NCBI GenBank assembly: GCA_045226015.1
Contig: JBGVBY010000021.1
Location: forward strand, 17,485 to 81,484
Reading direction: 5' to 3'
Length of the DNA: 64,000 nucleotides
Origin: Bacilli bacterium
Lineage (GTDB): Bacteria; Bacillota_I; Bacilli_A; RFN20; CAG-826
Shown here: piece after piece, positions 1 to 9,681 of the stretch
Numbering within the stretch: position 1 is the stretch's first letter
Layout: the number at the start of each line of letters is the position of its first letter
Made by a program: the position numbers and the translations under genes
Notes under the pieces: model-generated
Seen by the model: the letters and a program-made list of their open reading frames with translations, nothing else
Told to the model about the DNA's origin: nothing
Databases searched by the model: none

Positions 1-364
1 CTGAGAATTTATCAATATTCTCAAAAGAGAAACTAGTTAATTTCTTATATAAATCACTTCTTAGGTTAGCGGCCATTCCGACTGATGCTTTTGATGCAAA
101 GATACCACCAAAAATACCACAGAGAAGTGAGACTATAGCCATTCCAATAAGAATAAGGGCTAAATAGAAAACTGGAATACCGCTTGATGCGTGGAAAAAG
201 TCATCTGCATTATTTAAGAGTTTTATCTCATCAACAAACATACCCATTATGAATGGCATCGCGCATTCCATTGCGGCTTCGCCAATCATAAATAACGGGG
301 TTATCAACGCGTATCTTTTATATTGTCTAACACTTTTCAGTATTAGTTTAATTTTTGCTAACAT
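1..364 (-). CDS. ABC-type multidrug/lipid exporter, fused permease/ATP-binding protein (N-terminal 121 aa; gene runs off window start)
   Basis: Reverse-strand ATG at 364 preceded by a GAAGGTGA RBS. Translation MLAKIKLILKSVRQYKRYALITPLF...LRSDLYKKLTSFSFENIDKFS matches the N-terminal TMD of MsbA/MdlB-type ABC exporters (LRxDLF..L...SF.FFD motif). Not in the ORF track because it lacks a stop within the window. Confidence 0.75.
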   Translation of the reverse strand, partial: MLAKIKLILKSVRQYKRYALITPLFMIGEAAMECAMPFIMGMFVDEIKLLNNADDFFHASSGIPVFYLALILIGMAIVSLLCGIFGGIFASKASVGMAANLRSDLYKKLTSFSFENIDKFS

Positions 365-380
365 GTCGCTATCACCTTCT

Positions 381-983
381 CTATCTTAATAACATTTCCA
401 TAATGACTTCACTATGGGGACATATGAATCTCTTATATCCGATGTGAACTCTATTAAACGCTAAACCTTTAATCATACTGAGTATGGCAATTGCTAACTC
501 CATAGTTGTGTAGTCGTTAATATCTCCTTCTCTTTTACCTCTTTCAATAAGATCCTCCACCATCGCAAATATCTGCGTATGTCCTTTTTCATTCTTTTTA
601 ATAATTGGAAGACTCTTTTGTAAGTGGATGTTTAAAAGAAGATATAGTTCTTTCACTCTTTCATCATTCGGCGACTTAATTACTTTTAACGTAGTGTCTA
701 ATAAATCGTGAATTACAAATATTGCCTTTTGATCAAAGTTAACGTTTTCAATAATTCGTCTAGTGCTAGGATAGACAATTTGATTGAGAACCGCTTCGTA
801 AAGCTCTTCTTTTGAACGGAAATAGTGATATAAAAGTCCATGACTACATTTTGCGTCTTTGGTTACTTCATCAAGACTAAAAGCGTTATATCCTTTCATA
901 ACAAAAAGATTAAGTGCGCTTCTTAAAATCGTGCTCATTCTTTCTTGTCTAATTTGTTCAAATTGTTCTTTTGTCTTAGGCAT
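381..983 (-). CDS. TetR/AcrR family transcriptional regulator
   Basis: 200 aa. N-terminal HTH: ILRSALNLFVMKGYNAFSLDEVTKDAKCSHGLLYHYFRSKEELY (TetR_N signature). Immediately upstream of, and co-oriented with, the ABC exporter. Confidence 0.85.
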   Translation of the reverse strand: MPKTKEQFEQIRQERMSTILRSALNLFVMKGYNAFSLDEVTKDAKCSHGLLYHYFRSKEELYEAVLNQIVYPSTRRIIENVNFDQKAIFVIHDLLDTTLKVIKSPNDERVKELYLLLNIHLQKSLPIIKKNEKGHTQIFAMVEDLIERGKREGDINDYTTMELAIAILSMIKGLAFNRVHIGYKRFICPHSEVIMEMLLR

Positions 984-997
984 TTGTTATCCTTTTC

Positions 998-1015
998 ATT
1001 GACGAATCAGTCAAT
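998..1015. promoter_or_regulatory. Perfect inverted repeat ATTGAC-N6-GTCAAT in the tetR 5' region; candidate TetR operator
   Basis: ATTGACgaatcaGTCAAT lies 15 bp upstream of the tetR start, in the divergent intergenic region shared with the lipoprotein gene. Confidence 0.45.
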
Positions 1016-1167
1016 ATAAACGCAAGATAACTATACTATTCAATAAATTGTTTTTCAATTTGTTTTGTCAGTTTTGTTTTATTCAAAACGTATAATTTCT
1101 TTATTTTCATCCTCAATATTTGAAATATTGTGAGTAACAATATACTATTAATACAGAGGATTCAGAT

Positions 1168-4100
1168 ATGAGACACAAGATTATAGGTACATTTTTAGTC
1201 GCGTCGGCCTTGGTTTTTGCTAGCTGTTCGATTGGCAAAGATACAGGCGGCAACACACCTACTCCTAGTACAGAAGTTCCTGTTACTGGAGTTATGATTA
1301 CACCTAAAAATGTCACGATGAAAGTTGGAGAAACCCAAAACTTTATTGCAACCGTTTCTCCAGATGACGCTACAAATAAAGGTGTTGTTTGGTCTATAAG
1401 CGATGCTACCAAAGGAAGCATTACAGCCGAAGGCAAGTTCACTGCTTTAGCAGAAGGAAATTGTACAGTTATTGTAAGCACTAAAGACGGTGGCCATATT
1501 GATACAAGTAATGTCACTATTAATCCTCAAGATGCGCCTGTAACTTTATCTGAAATCAGATTATCCGGAGACTATAAAACTTCTTTCCATTCTGGAGAAG
1601 AATTTACCGCGTCTGGTTTAATTGTTACCGCTTATTATACAAATGGAGACTACGAACAAGTATTTAGATACTCAGTAAGTACTCCTTCTACCACATTGAA
1701 TGATGGTGAAACATCAAGAACAGAAACTGTCACTGTTAGTTATACAGAAGATGGGATAACTGTTAAAAGAACATACGATATCACCATTACAGAAAAAATC
1801 GCTACTAATATCAGAGTATTTGGTGATTATCAATCTGAATTTGAGGCTGGAGAAGAATTCAATCATAACGGAGTCAAATTACTCGCCACTTATTCAGATG
1901 GAACAACTGGAGAAGTCACTCCAACTTCTTTCTCTACCCCAAATATGAATCAATTAGGTCCTCAAGGAGTTAGTGTTTATTATTATAACGGTGAAGAAAC
2001 ATTGCAAGCCACATACACAATTACAATTTACGCTCCTCAGGCAAGCGAAATCATTGGTATTAGACTTGACGGAAATTATCAAACCACATTCTTTGTGGGT
2101 GATAGATTCAATAATGCCGGATTGAATGTCTACGCTATATATGATGATGGATCTGAATTATTATGGAATTTAGGTTATTCAATAACTGATCCAGATATGA
2201 ACACTGCTGGCACAGTAAAAATAACTGTTACCATCACTTACGAAGGACAAAAATTCAGTGCTAGTTACACAATTACAATTTATCCAAAAGAAACTGGCGA
2301 TTCTATCTATGACTTAAACTGTGAAATCCCATATCAATCAGGTGAATATGACATCAAAGGTACTGTCACCTGTACGTGGTATGATTCCTATGGAAATTAC
2401 AACTTCTATATGCAAAATACCGATAGCAATAACCAAACCGGTGGTGTTTATGTTTATAGATCACAAAGTATAGTTGAAGAGGGTTCTTATATCGAAATTA
2501 AAGGAAATAAAGCAGATTATACCTTCTATAGAAACCAACCAGAAATCAATGGTAATAGCAATCCAACTGTCACAGTGTTAAAATCCGCGAGTGAAAACCC
2601 ATACGCAGTTACTCCAATTGAATATACATCAGATAACTTTATTGGATATGATGACACAACAAGTGAAAACTTCATAGACGGAGGATATAGAGGCCCTATT
2701 GAAGTTCTCATTAAAGAAGTTACAGTTCAATCAATAGCAGGTTCATACACAGCGTATGTCAAATTCAGTGACGGACAACTTGCCCCTATCTATTACGGCA
2801 GTAATGAGAGTACAGAAGTTAACGCTATTGGCACTTTGCTTACTAACTACATGAATAACGGAAAGAAATTAGATATTATCGGACATCCGCATTCATCTAC
2901 TTATTCAAATCTTTTACAGTTAGTAGTTAAACACGTTGGCTATATCACTGAAAGTGAAAATCAAGATGTTCCACCTGTGGATGAAAAAATCAAAACATTC
3001 ACTATCGGAGCATTTAACGACTTTCATGGACACATTGAGGAAGAAGCCAGCAGTCTAGGTTTGTCAAGAATGGGTAATCTCATTAGAACATTCACTGAAA
3101 AAGATAATACCCTAGTTCTCTCACAAGGTGATGATTGGCAAGGTTCAATTTATTCCAATTTTAACCATGGAAATTTAGTTAATGATGTTTACGCTCAAGC
3201 AAAATTATCAGCTAGAACTGTTGGCAACCATGATTTTGACTGGGGTGTTGAAAAACTTGAAATTAATACCGCTAGAAGTTATAACGGATATAGAACTCCA
3301 GTACTTGCCGCAAACGTATATGATTATGATCATGAAAATAGAGTTGTTGGCACAGTTCAACAATCAGATATTGGCATTCCTACTGTCACATATACTTTAG
3401 AAAATGGATTGAAAGTTGGTATTGTTGGTATTATTGGTAAATCTCAAATCACTTCTATTAATTCTAGTTTTGTGACTGACATTTGTTTTACAAATCACAT
3501 TAATGTCATTAAAGAAAAAGCAACAGAATTAAGAAATGGTGGCTGTGATGTAGTTATTGCCTCTTGCCATACAGGCCAAGAAGAAGTTTTAGGTAATAAC
3601 CTAAGTAACTACGTTGATTTAGTCTTATGTGGCCATTCTCACAAAGAGGAATCTACATCTGAAGATGGGCTCTTCTATTCACAATGTGGAGCCTATGGTA
3701 GAAACTTTGCTGATATTCATTTAGAATACAACACCGAAACCAAGGAAGTCGCACTATCATCATATAACTTAATTGGTGCTACTAACTATTATAGTTATGT
3801 TACTTATCACGACCCTGAAATCGATAACATTATTTCTGCGTACAATGATCAATGTGCTACTGAAGCAAACGAAGTTTTAGCGTTAAATGTTTCAGGTGAA
3901 TTTGCTGCTAAAGGAGAAGCGGGAAACATGGTTTGTAGAGCAATTTACGACCAATGTGTAGAAGAAGGGCACGGAGACGTTGTCTTAACTTATGTTAACC
4001 AAGCTAGAGCTGGACTATATAAATCACAATGGACATATGCGGATATATATGAATCGTTCCCATTTGATAACATCGTTTATATCGAAGAAGCTAAAGGTAG

Positions 4101-4413
4101 TGATATTCTTTACGAAGTAAGAGGCTGGGGTAATGCATATTTCAATCCTTCATTTGATTGCCAAATTAATCCAAATTCATACTATAAAATTGCCGTTATT
4201 GACTATGTTTTATTCCATGAAAACGACAATAGAATCTTCGACTACTTCAAAGCGTTTGATGGTCATCCAGACAATCAATTATCTATAAATTATAGATTAA
4301 TAATGAGAAAATGGCTGAAAGATAACCATTACAATACAGACAGCAGTAAAGTGCTAAGAAGTTCTGATTTCACAGGTAACGACTACGATAGAAGTAGACT
4401 CACTCAAATCTAA
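1168..4413 (+). CDS. Large surface lipoprotein: Big_2 domain + four Ig-like repeats + OB-like domain + 5'-nucleotidase/metallophosphoesterase (UshA/CpdB-like)
   Basis: Lipoprotein signal MRHKIIGTFLVASALVFASC|S. Big_2-like segment VTGVMITPKNVTMKVGETQNF...GNCTVIV. Four ~85-aa repeats (IRLSGDYKTSFHSGEEF.., IRVFGDYQSEFEAGEEF.., IRLDGNYQTTFFVGDRF..). C-terminal calcineurin-like phosphoesterase motifs GNHDFDWG and CGHSH, followed by a 5'-nucleotidase C-terminal domain. Confidence 0.7.
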   Translation: MRHKIIGTFLVASALVFASCSIGKDTGGNTPTPSTEVPVTGVMITPKNVTMKVGETQNFIATVSPDDATNKGVVWSISDATKGSITAEGKFTALAEGNCTVIVSTKDGGHIDTSNVTINPQDAPVTLSEIRLSGDYKTSFHSGEEFTASGLIVTAYYTNGDYEQVFRYSVSTPSTTLNDGETSRTETVTVSYTEDGITVKRTYDITITEKIATNIRVFGDYQSEFEAGEEFNHNGVKLLATYSDGTTGEVTPTSFSTPNMNQLGPQGVSVYYYNGEETLQATYTITIYAPQASEIIGIRLDGNYQTTFFVGDRFNNAGLNVYAIYDDGSELLWNLGYSITDPDMNTAGTVKITVTITYEGQKFSASYTITIYPKETGDSIYDLNCEIPYQSGEYDIKGTVTCTWYDSYGNYNFYMQNTDSNNQTGGVYVYRSQSIVEEGSYIEIKGNKADYTFYRNQPEINGNSNPTVTVLKSASENPYAVTPIEYTSDNFIGYDDTTSENFIDGGYRGPIEVLIKEVTVQSIAGSYTAYVKFSDGQLAPIYYGSNESTEVNAIGTLLTNYMNNGKKLDIIGHPHSSTYSNLLQLVVKHVGYITESENQDVPPVDEKIKTFTIGAFNDFHGHIEEEASSLGLSRMGNLIRTFTEKDNTLVLSQGDDWQGSIYSNFNHGNLVNDVYAQAKLSARTVGNHDFDWGVEKLEINTARSYNGYRTPVLAANVYDYDHENRVVGTVQQSDIGIPTVTYTLENGLKVGIVGIIGKSQITSINSSFVTDICFTNHINVIKEKATELRNGGCDVVIASCHTGQEEVLGNNLSNYVDLVLCGHSHKEESTSEDGLFYSQCGAYGRNFADIHLEYNTETKEVALSSYNLIGATNYYSYVTYHDPEIDNIISAYNDQCATEANEVLALNVSGEFAAKGEAGNMVCRAIYDQCVEEGHGDVVLTYVNQARAGLYKSQWTYADIYESFPFDNIVYIEEAKGSDILYEVRGWGNAYFNPSFDCQINPNSYYKIAVIDYVLFHENDNRIFDYFKAFDGHPDNQLSINYRLIMRKWLKDNHYNTDSSKVLRSSDFTGNDYDRSRLTQI

Positions 4414-4424
4414 GAGGTAACGAC

Positions 4425-5705
4425 ATGAAAAACTTTGTATTAATTTCTCCAAACTTTCCAGAAACATATTGGCAATTCGCTAGAGCACTTAGAAACGTTG
4501 GCTTTAGAGTGCTCGGTGTTGGTGACGCCCAATACAGTGAACTTAAACAAGAACTCAAAGATTCTTTACACGAATACTATCGCGTAAACAACCTCGATAA
4601 TTTCGACGAAGAAAAAGAAGCGGTGGGTTATTTTGAAAGAAAATATGGACATATTGATTTCTTAGAAAGTAATAATGAATACTGGCTTAGAAAAGATTCA
4701 ATTTTAAGAGACCTCTTTTCAATTAATACAGGATTAAAATCATCGGAATTAGACACTTATCAACGTAAATCTTTGATGAAAGAAAGATTCCAAAAAGCAG
4801 GAGTAAAAGTCGCTCCATATATTCTCGTTAGCGATAAAGAAAGCTTGTTAAAGTTCGCTAACGATCACGGCTTCCCACTTTTTGTTAAACCTGATATTGG
4901 AGTTGGAGCCGAAGAAAGCTTTAAATTAAAAAATATTGAGGAATTAGAGGACTTTTTCGCGAAAAAACACGAAAATTATCAATATATTTGTGAGACATTT
5001 GTGTCTGGTGATATCGTCACTTTTGATGGCATCGCGGATGAAAATAGTGAGGTCGTATTTATGGCTTCATTAGAGTGCCCACCATCAATTAGTGACATTC
5101 TCCACGAAGGAAGTGAGATGTTTTATTACTCCAATCCATTCATTCCAAAAGAGTTTGAAGAAATTGGAAGAAAAACAGTCAAAGCATTCGAACTTAAAAA
5201 TAGATGTTTCCACATCGAATTCTTTAGAGTGAATAAAGATATGCCTGGATTTGCTAAGGTTGGAGATATTGTTGGATTAGAGGTTAATATTAGAACACCT
5301 GGCGGATACACTCCTGATATGCATAACTTCGCTAATTCAGTGAACATGTATCAACTATATGCGAACACAGTTGCGGGATTTAATCCACGTCCAGTTTGTG
5401 ATCCAAAATTCTACTGTGCAACCGCTAGTAGAAGAGATGGCGTTCAATACTTCTATAGCGATGAAGAAGTTTTAAGAACATACGAAAAAGAAATATGCGG
5501 TAACGGAAGATATCCAAAAGTTTTAGCAGGTGTTATGGGTGATCGTTTCTTTATGGCTAAATTCACCAACCTCAAGGACTTGGAAGTGTTTAAAGAATAC
5601 GCAAATAGAAGAAACGTACCTGGCGGTTCTAAAAATAGCGGTTCAATGTTCAACAAAGAAGGAAGTAATGAACCAATTTGCGATACACATATCGATGGAG
5701 CGTAA
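4425..5705 (+). CDS. ATP-grasp domain protein (carboxylate-amine ligase superfamily), function unknown
   Basis: 426 aa. ATP-grasp core is recognisable: KSLMKERFQKAGVKVAPYILV..HGFPLFVKPDIGVGAEESFKL..ETFVSGDIVTFDG... No specific family could be assigned. Confidence 0.55.
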   Translation: MKNFVLISPNFPETYWQFARALRNVGFRVLGVGDAQYSELKQELKDSLHEYYRVNNLDNFDEEKEAVGYFERKYGHIDFLESNNEYWLRKDSILRDLFSINTGLKSSELDTYQRKSLMKERFQKAGVKVAPYILVSDKESLLKFANDHGFPLFVKPDIGVGAEESFKLKNIEELEDFFAKKHENYQYICETFVSGDIVTFDGIADENSEVVFMASLECPPSISDILHEGSEMFYYSNPFIPKEFEEIGRKTVKAFELKNRCFHIEFFRVNKDMPGFAKVGDIVGLEVNIRTPGGYTPDMHNFANSVNMYQLYANTVAGFNPRPVCDPKFYCATASRRDGVQYFYSDEEVLRTYEKEICGNGRYPKVLAGVMGDRFFMAKFTNLKDLEVFKEYANRRNVPGGSKNSGSMFNKEGSNEPICDTHIDGA

Positions 5706-5707
5706 TC

Positions 5708-6214
5708 ATGTCTAATTTGTTATATCTACCAGAAGATTGGGACAACATCTTTAAAGCAGAAAGGGACAATCTTAGATTTGTTCTCCCAGAATTTAAATTC
5801 AATATTGAACATATCGGAGCAACATCAATTAATAATTGTCGTTCTTTTAGAAATGTCGATATTTTAATATCGCTATCTCATTTTAATGACATCTATACTG
5901 CAGCGATGTTACTTAATTCTCGTGGATATAAAATGCTTAACGCGCAATGTAGAAGTGACTGTGCGTTGCTCATTAAACGCAGCAAATATAAAAAGATAGG
6001 TGTCACTATTCGAATCGTTGAATACGGCGGAGATTTCTATAACCGCTGCAAGGCTTTCCAAGTGGTGTTAAGAGAATCTTATGATCGCACTCAAATGTAT
6101 AACAATTTTAGAGAAAAGCTATTTGCAAAATACCCAAAGAACATCAAGAGATATAACGAAGTTAAATACGACTATATCAATTCCCAATTAGATTACTATT
6201 TTAAATTTCAATAA
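5708..6214 (+). CDS. GrpB (UPF0157) family nucleotidyltransferase-fold protein
   Basis: ATG at 5708 lies 2 nt after the upstream stop. NIEHIGATSINNCRSFRNVDILISL resembles the GrpB HIGSTSVPG..IDI motif. The ORF-track start at 5678 is probably too far upstream. Confidence 0.5.
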   Translation: MSNLLYLPEDWDNIFKAERDNLRFVLPEFKFNIEHIGATSINNCRSFRNVDILISLSHFNDIYTAAMLLNSRGYKMLNAQCRSDCALLIKRSKYKKIGVTIRIVEYGGDFYNRCKAFQVVLRESYDRTQMYNNFREKLFAKYPKNIKRYNEVKYDYINSQLDYYFKFQ

Positions 6215-6215
6215 C

Positions 6216-7100
6216 ATGAACGGAATTATCATCACAAACCAAGACATTGGTCATAACGCTTATAAAATAAAACGATTCACTGAGGAAGCTAAACTTCTCG
6301 GTGTTTCTTTAATACATCTCATTAACGATGGAACTTTAGGCATTATTAAAGATAACAACATCATTATTAATCTTCCTAAATGTGATTTTGTCATTTATCT
6401 AGATAAAGACATATATTTAGCAAGACTATTAGAACAAAATGGTTATCGACTATTCAATAAGGCTGATTTCATCAAAATGTGTGATGATAAAAACCTCACA
6501 GACATCATGTGCGCGAACAAAGGTATTAAAATGCCTAAGACAATATGTGGCCCTTTGTTTTATTCTCCTGAATTAAAAGAAGAAAACCTAAAATTCTTGG
6601 ATTTTGTAGAACAAGAATTAGGATATCCTTTAGTGTTTAAGAAAGTTTATGGATCTCTTGGCCTAGGTATATTTTTAGTCAATAACAAGCAAGAACTCAT
6701 CTCTTTATATAAGAAACACTGTCGTGAACCACTACAATTCCAAGAATATATTGCCACAAGTTACGGCAAATCATTAAGGGTTCTTATAATCAATCAAAAA
6801 GTCATTGGAGCGTTTCAAAGATATAACACAAGCGACTTTAGAAGTAACTTCGGAGAAACCGCTACTAGTAAAGAATATAAACTTGAAGGCAAGTATTTAG
6901 AAATCGCTAATAAAATCGCCGAAGCATTTAAGGTTGAATACGCTGGTATTGATTTACTTTTTGGAGAAAACGATGAGCCAGTATTATGTGAAATAAATTC
7001 CAATGCCTTCTTTGAAGAATTTGAGAAAACTACTAAAATCAATGTTGCTAAACTCTTCATTGAAATGGTGATAGAAAAGATTAACAATGAACAAAAATAA
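6216..7100 (+). CDS. RimK-type ATP-grasp ligase (alpha-L-glutamate ligase family)
   Basis: 294 aa. LVFKKVYGSLGLGIFLVNNKQEL...KSLRVLIINQKVIGAFQRYNTSDFRSNFGETATSK...AGIDLLFGENDEPVLCEINSNA is typical of the RimK / glutathione-synthetase-like ATP-grasp fold. Confidence 0.65.
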   Translation: MNGIIITNQDIGHNAYKIKRFTEEAKLLGVSLIHLINDGTLGIIKDNNIIINLPKCDFVIYLDKDIYLARLLEQNGYRLFNKADFIKMCDDKNLTDIMCANKGIKMPKTICGPLFYSPELKEENLKFLDFVEQELGYPLVFKKVYGSLGLGIFLVNNKQELISLYKKHCREPLQFQEYIATSYGKSLRVLIINQKVIGAFQRYNTSDFRSNFGETATSKEYKLEGKYLEIANKIAEAFKVEYAGIDLLFGENDEPVLCEINSNAFFEEFEKTTKINVAKLFIEMVIEKINNEQK

Positions 7101-8010
7101 GAAAAGATTCGAACATCATTCAAAAGACTATTCCGGAATCAAAGAATACCCAGTGAATAAAGATTCTGAACTTTTAGAATTTCTTTTGGAAACCTTAAAG
7201 GGACAGTCACGTAATTCTGTTAAATCTCTTTTAACCAACCATCGTGTTTCTATTGATGGAGCGCCTATTTCTCAATATAACTTCAAGCTCTATAAAGGAG
7301 ATGTTGTTATTATCTCTAAGACTCCAATTCACAAGAAAACACGCAGCAACCTACCTATAATCTATGAAAATAACGAGATGATTGTTATCAATAAACCAAG
7401 TGGTCTATTATCTATCGCTAGTGATAAAGAAAAAGGATCAACTGCTTATAGGATGCTAACTGATTACGTTCAGCAAAAAGACAAACATAATCGTATATTT
7501 GTTGTCCATAGACTTGATGAAGACACTTCTGGAGTCCTAATGGTAGCTAAAAATCCAGAACTACAAAAGGCTCTTCAAGATAATTGGAACGATTTAGTTA
7601 AATCTCGTGGGTACTATGCGATTGTTGACGGCATCATGAAAGAAAAAAGTGGCACGATTAAGTCTTACTTAAAGAAGAATAGCCAAAACATGATGTATTC
7701 ATCTAAAAAAGCTGGTGATGGACAGTTCTCTGTAACGCATTACAAAGTTTTAATGGAAAATGGAAACTATTCACTTTTAGATGTTCATATTGATTCAGGT
7801 AGAAAAAATCAAATTCGTGTCCATTTAGGTGATTTAGGTCATAACGTTATCGGAGATGACAAATACGGTAATCCTACTAACCCTATTAAGAGATTAGGCT
7901 TGCATGCCTATGAACTTGTTTTAACTCACCCACTCACAAATAAAGAACTCAAATTTGTCGCGCCTACACCGAAAGAATTTAAAACTCTTTTCCCAAATTT
8001 CAATAAATAA
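7087..8010 (+). CDS. RluA-family 23S rRNA pseudouridine synthase (RluD/RluC-like) with N-terminal S4 domain
   Basis: HRLDEDTSGVLMVAKN catalytic motif and the C-terminal RLGLHAYELVLTHPLT. S4-like N-terminus HRVSIDGAPISQYNFKLYKGDVVII. Confidence 0.85.
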   Translation: MNKNKKRFEHHSKDYSGIKEYPVNKDSELLEFLLETLKGQSRNSVKSLLTNHRVSIDGAPISQYNFKLYKGDVVIISKTPIHKKTRSNLPIIYENNEMIVINKPSGLLSIASDKEKGSTAYRMLTDYVQQKDKHNRIFVVHRLDEDTSGVLMVAKNPELQKALQDNWNDLVKSRGYYAIVDGIMKEKSGTIKSYLKKNSQNMMYSSKKAGDGQFSVTHYKVLMENGNYSLLDVHIDSGRKNQIRVHLGDLGHNVIGDDKYGNPTNPIKRLGLHAYELVLTHPLTNKELKFVAPTPKEFKTLFPNFNK

Positions 8011-8082
8011 GCTTTTATCTATTCAAAAATAATTTTTATTTTTCGTTTATAAACTTTTTTGTATGCGTATAATTTTAAGCAT

Positions 8083-9672
8083 ATGAGAAACAAATATTTA
8101 AAGTCGTTTATTAATAGCGCAATTTCGATCATTCCAATCATTGCGATTATTTACGCTTTATCTTTTGTTTTGTCCGCTAGTGGAGAACAATCTTTAACAA
8201 ACACTGAATATGTGATGTTAGGCATTGGTGCCTTCATCATGATTAGCGGATTATCATTCTTCCAAATAGGTGCTCAAAGTAGCTTGATCAAAATTGGCGA
8301 ATACATGGGTGCTTCTTTGTCTAAACAAAAGAAACTCATCATCGTTATCATATTTGCCTTCCTATTAGGCACTCTTATCACATGTGCTGAACCAAGCATC
8401 ATAATCATGTCTAAGCAAGTTAATATGAACTCAGTTCTTTTAATTGCATCTATTGCTTGTGGAGTTGGCGTTTTTGTTATCTTAGGAATTATTAGAATTG
8501 TTACCCAAAAATCATTAAACGTGTGGTTTCTTACGTTCTATTTGATTGTTTTTATGCTTATCTGCATCCTTCAAGCAGATGTTAATAATCATCCATATCT
8601 ACCATTCATTTTTGACGCTGGTGGAATTACTACTGGAAGTGCTACTGTTCCATTTATTTTAGCCTTAGGTGCAGGTGTTGCTATGACTAGAGGTGGAGAT
8701 AAAACTAAAGACAGTTCTTTCGGTCTAGTTGGATTAGCGTCTATTGGCCCTATTATCACAATGGTGATTTTGATCTTGGCTAAACCTGGTGGATTCTCAG
8801 CTTACAACGTCACTGAATTACCCGCTATTAATCCTGACTATGTTGATTGGAACTATATCGGTAACCAATTTGTAAGAACCTTGTTGCCTCAAGAAGGTGG
8901 TTCTTTAGGATCTATTATTGAAGTTTTATTAGCGTTAGCACCAATCTTAATTATTTTCTTCATCTATGAAGCAATCTTTATCAAGTTATCTCTTAAGCGT
9001 ATCTTTTTCTTATTAAACGGTACATTTGTAACATTCTTTGGATTAACGATGTTCCTTTGTGCAGTTGGTTCCACAATGTCTCCAACCGGATTAAAGATGG
9101 GCGAACTTATTTCTAATTGGCAAGATTGGATTATCATCATTCTCGCCTTTGGAATTGGTTGTGTCACTATTCTATGTGAACCAGCAGTACATGTTCTTAC
9201 CACTCAAATAGAAGAAATTAGTAACGGCGAGCTTAAAAAGAGAACCGTATTATTCTCATTATCAATAGGTGTAGGCGCTGCAATATGTCTATCCATGATT
9301 AGAATGCTTTATGGCTTCTCAATTATGTATTACATCGTTCCTGGATATTTAATATCGCTTGTTATGATGTTTATTGTTCCTGATTTATACACTGCGGTTG
9401 CTTTTGACTCTGGTGGAACAGCTTCTGGACCAATGGCGGTTTCCTTTGTCCTTCCAATGATTATTGGTATATTCAGTGTTAGAACTGGCCAAACATCAAG
9501 TGTAGACTTCTATGAATCTGCTTTTGGAGTTGTCGCAATGGTAGCTATGACACCAATTCTGTCTATTCAAATACTTGGTACAACAAGTAAAATTAAGAAC
9601 ATCTACGCTTTACGTGTTATTCGTTCACAAGTTCATGATGGACGTAATGATGAAATCATTCATTTTTGTTAA
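8083..9672 (+). CDS. Polytopic membrane protein with internal two-fold repeat (DUF1538-like putative transporter)
   Basis: About 12 predicted TM segments. Two homologous halves (DAGGITTGSATVPFILALGAGVA / DSGGTASGPMAVSFVLPMIIGI). Followed by two PII-like genes. Confidence 0.5.
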   Translation: MRNKYLKSFINSAISIIPIIAIIYALSFVLSASGEQSLTNTEYVMLGIGAFIMISGLSFFQIGAQSSLIKIGEYMGASLSKQKKLIIVIIFAFLLGTLITCAEPSIIIMSKQVNMNSVLLIASIACGVGVFVILGIIRIVTQKSLNVWFLTFYLIVFMLICILQADVNNHPYLPFIFDAGGITTGSATVPFILALGAGVAMTRGGDKTKDSSFGLVGLASIGPIITMVILILAKPGGFSAYNVTELPAINPDYVDWNYIGNQFVRTLLPQEGGSLGSIIEVLLALAPILIIFFIYEAIFIKLSLKRIFFLLNGTFVTFFGLTMFLCAVGSTMSPTGLKMGELISNWQDWIIIILAFGIGCVTILCEPAVHVLTTQIEEISNGELKKRTVLFSLSIGVGAAICLSMIRMLYGFSIMYYIVPGYLISLVMMFIVPDLYTAVAFDSGGTASGPMAVSFVLPMIIGIFSVRTGQTSSVDFYESAFGVVAMVAMTPILSIQILGTTSKIKNIYALRVIRSQVHDGRNDEIIHFC

Positions 9673-9681
9673 GGTATAAAT

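Noticed and set aside
1113-1517. 134-aa minus-strand ORF overlapping the 5' end of the large lipoprotein gene
   Set aside because: Fully antisense to a well-supported CDS with a lipoprotein signal and domains. Low-complexity translation. No RBS or start context.
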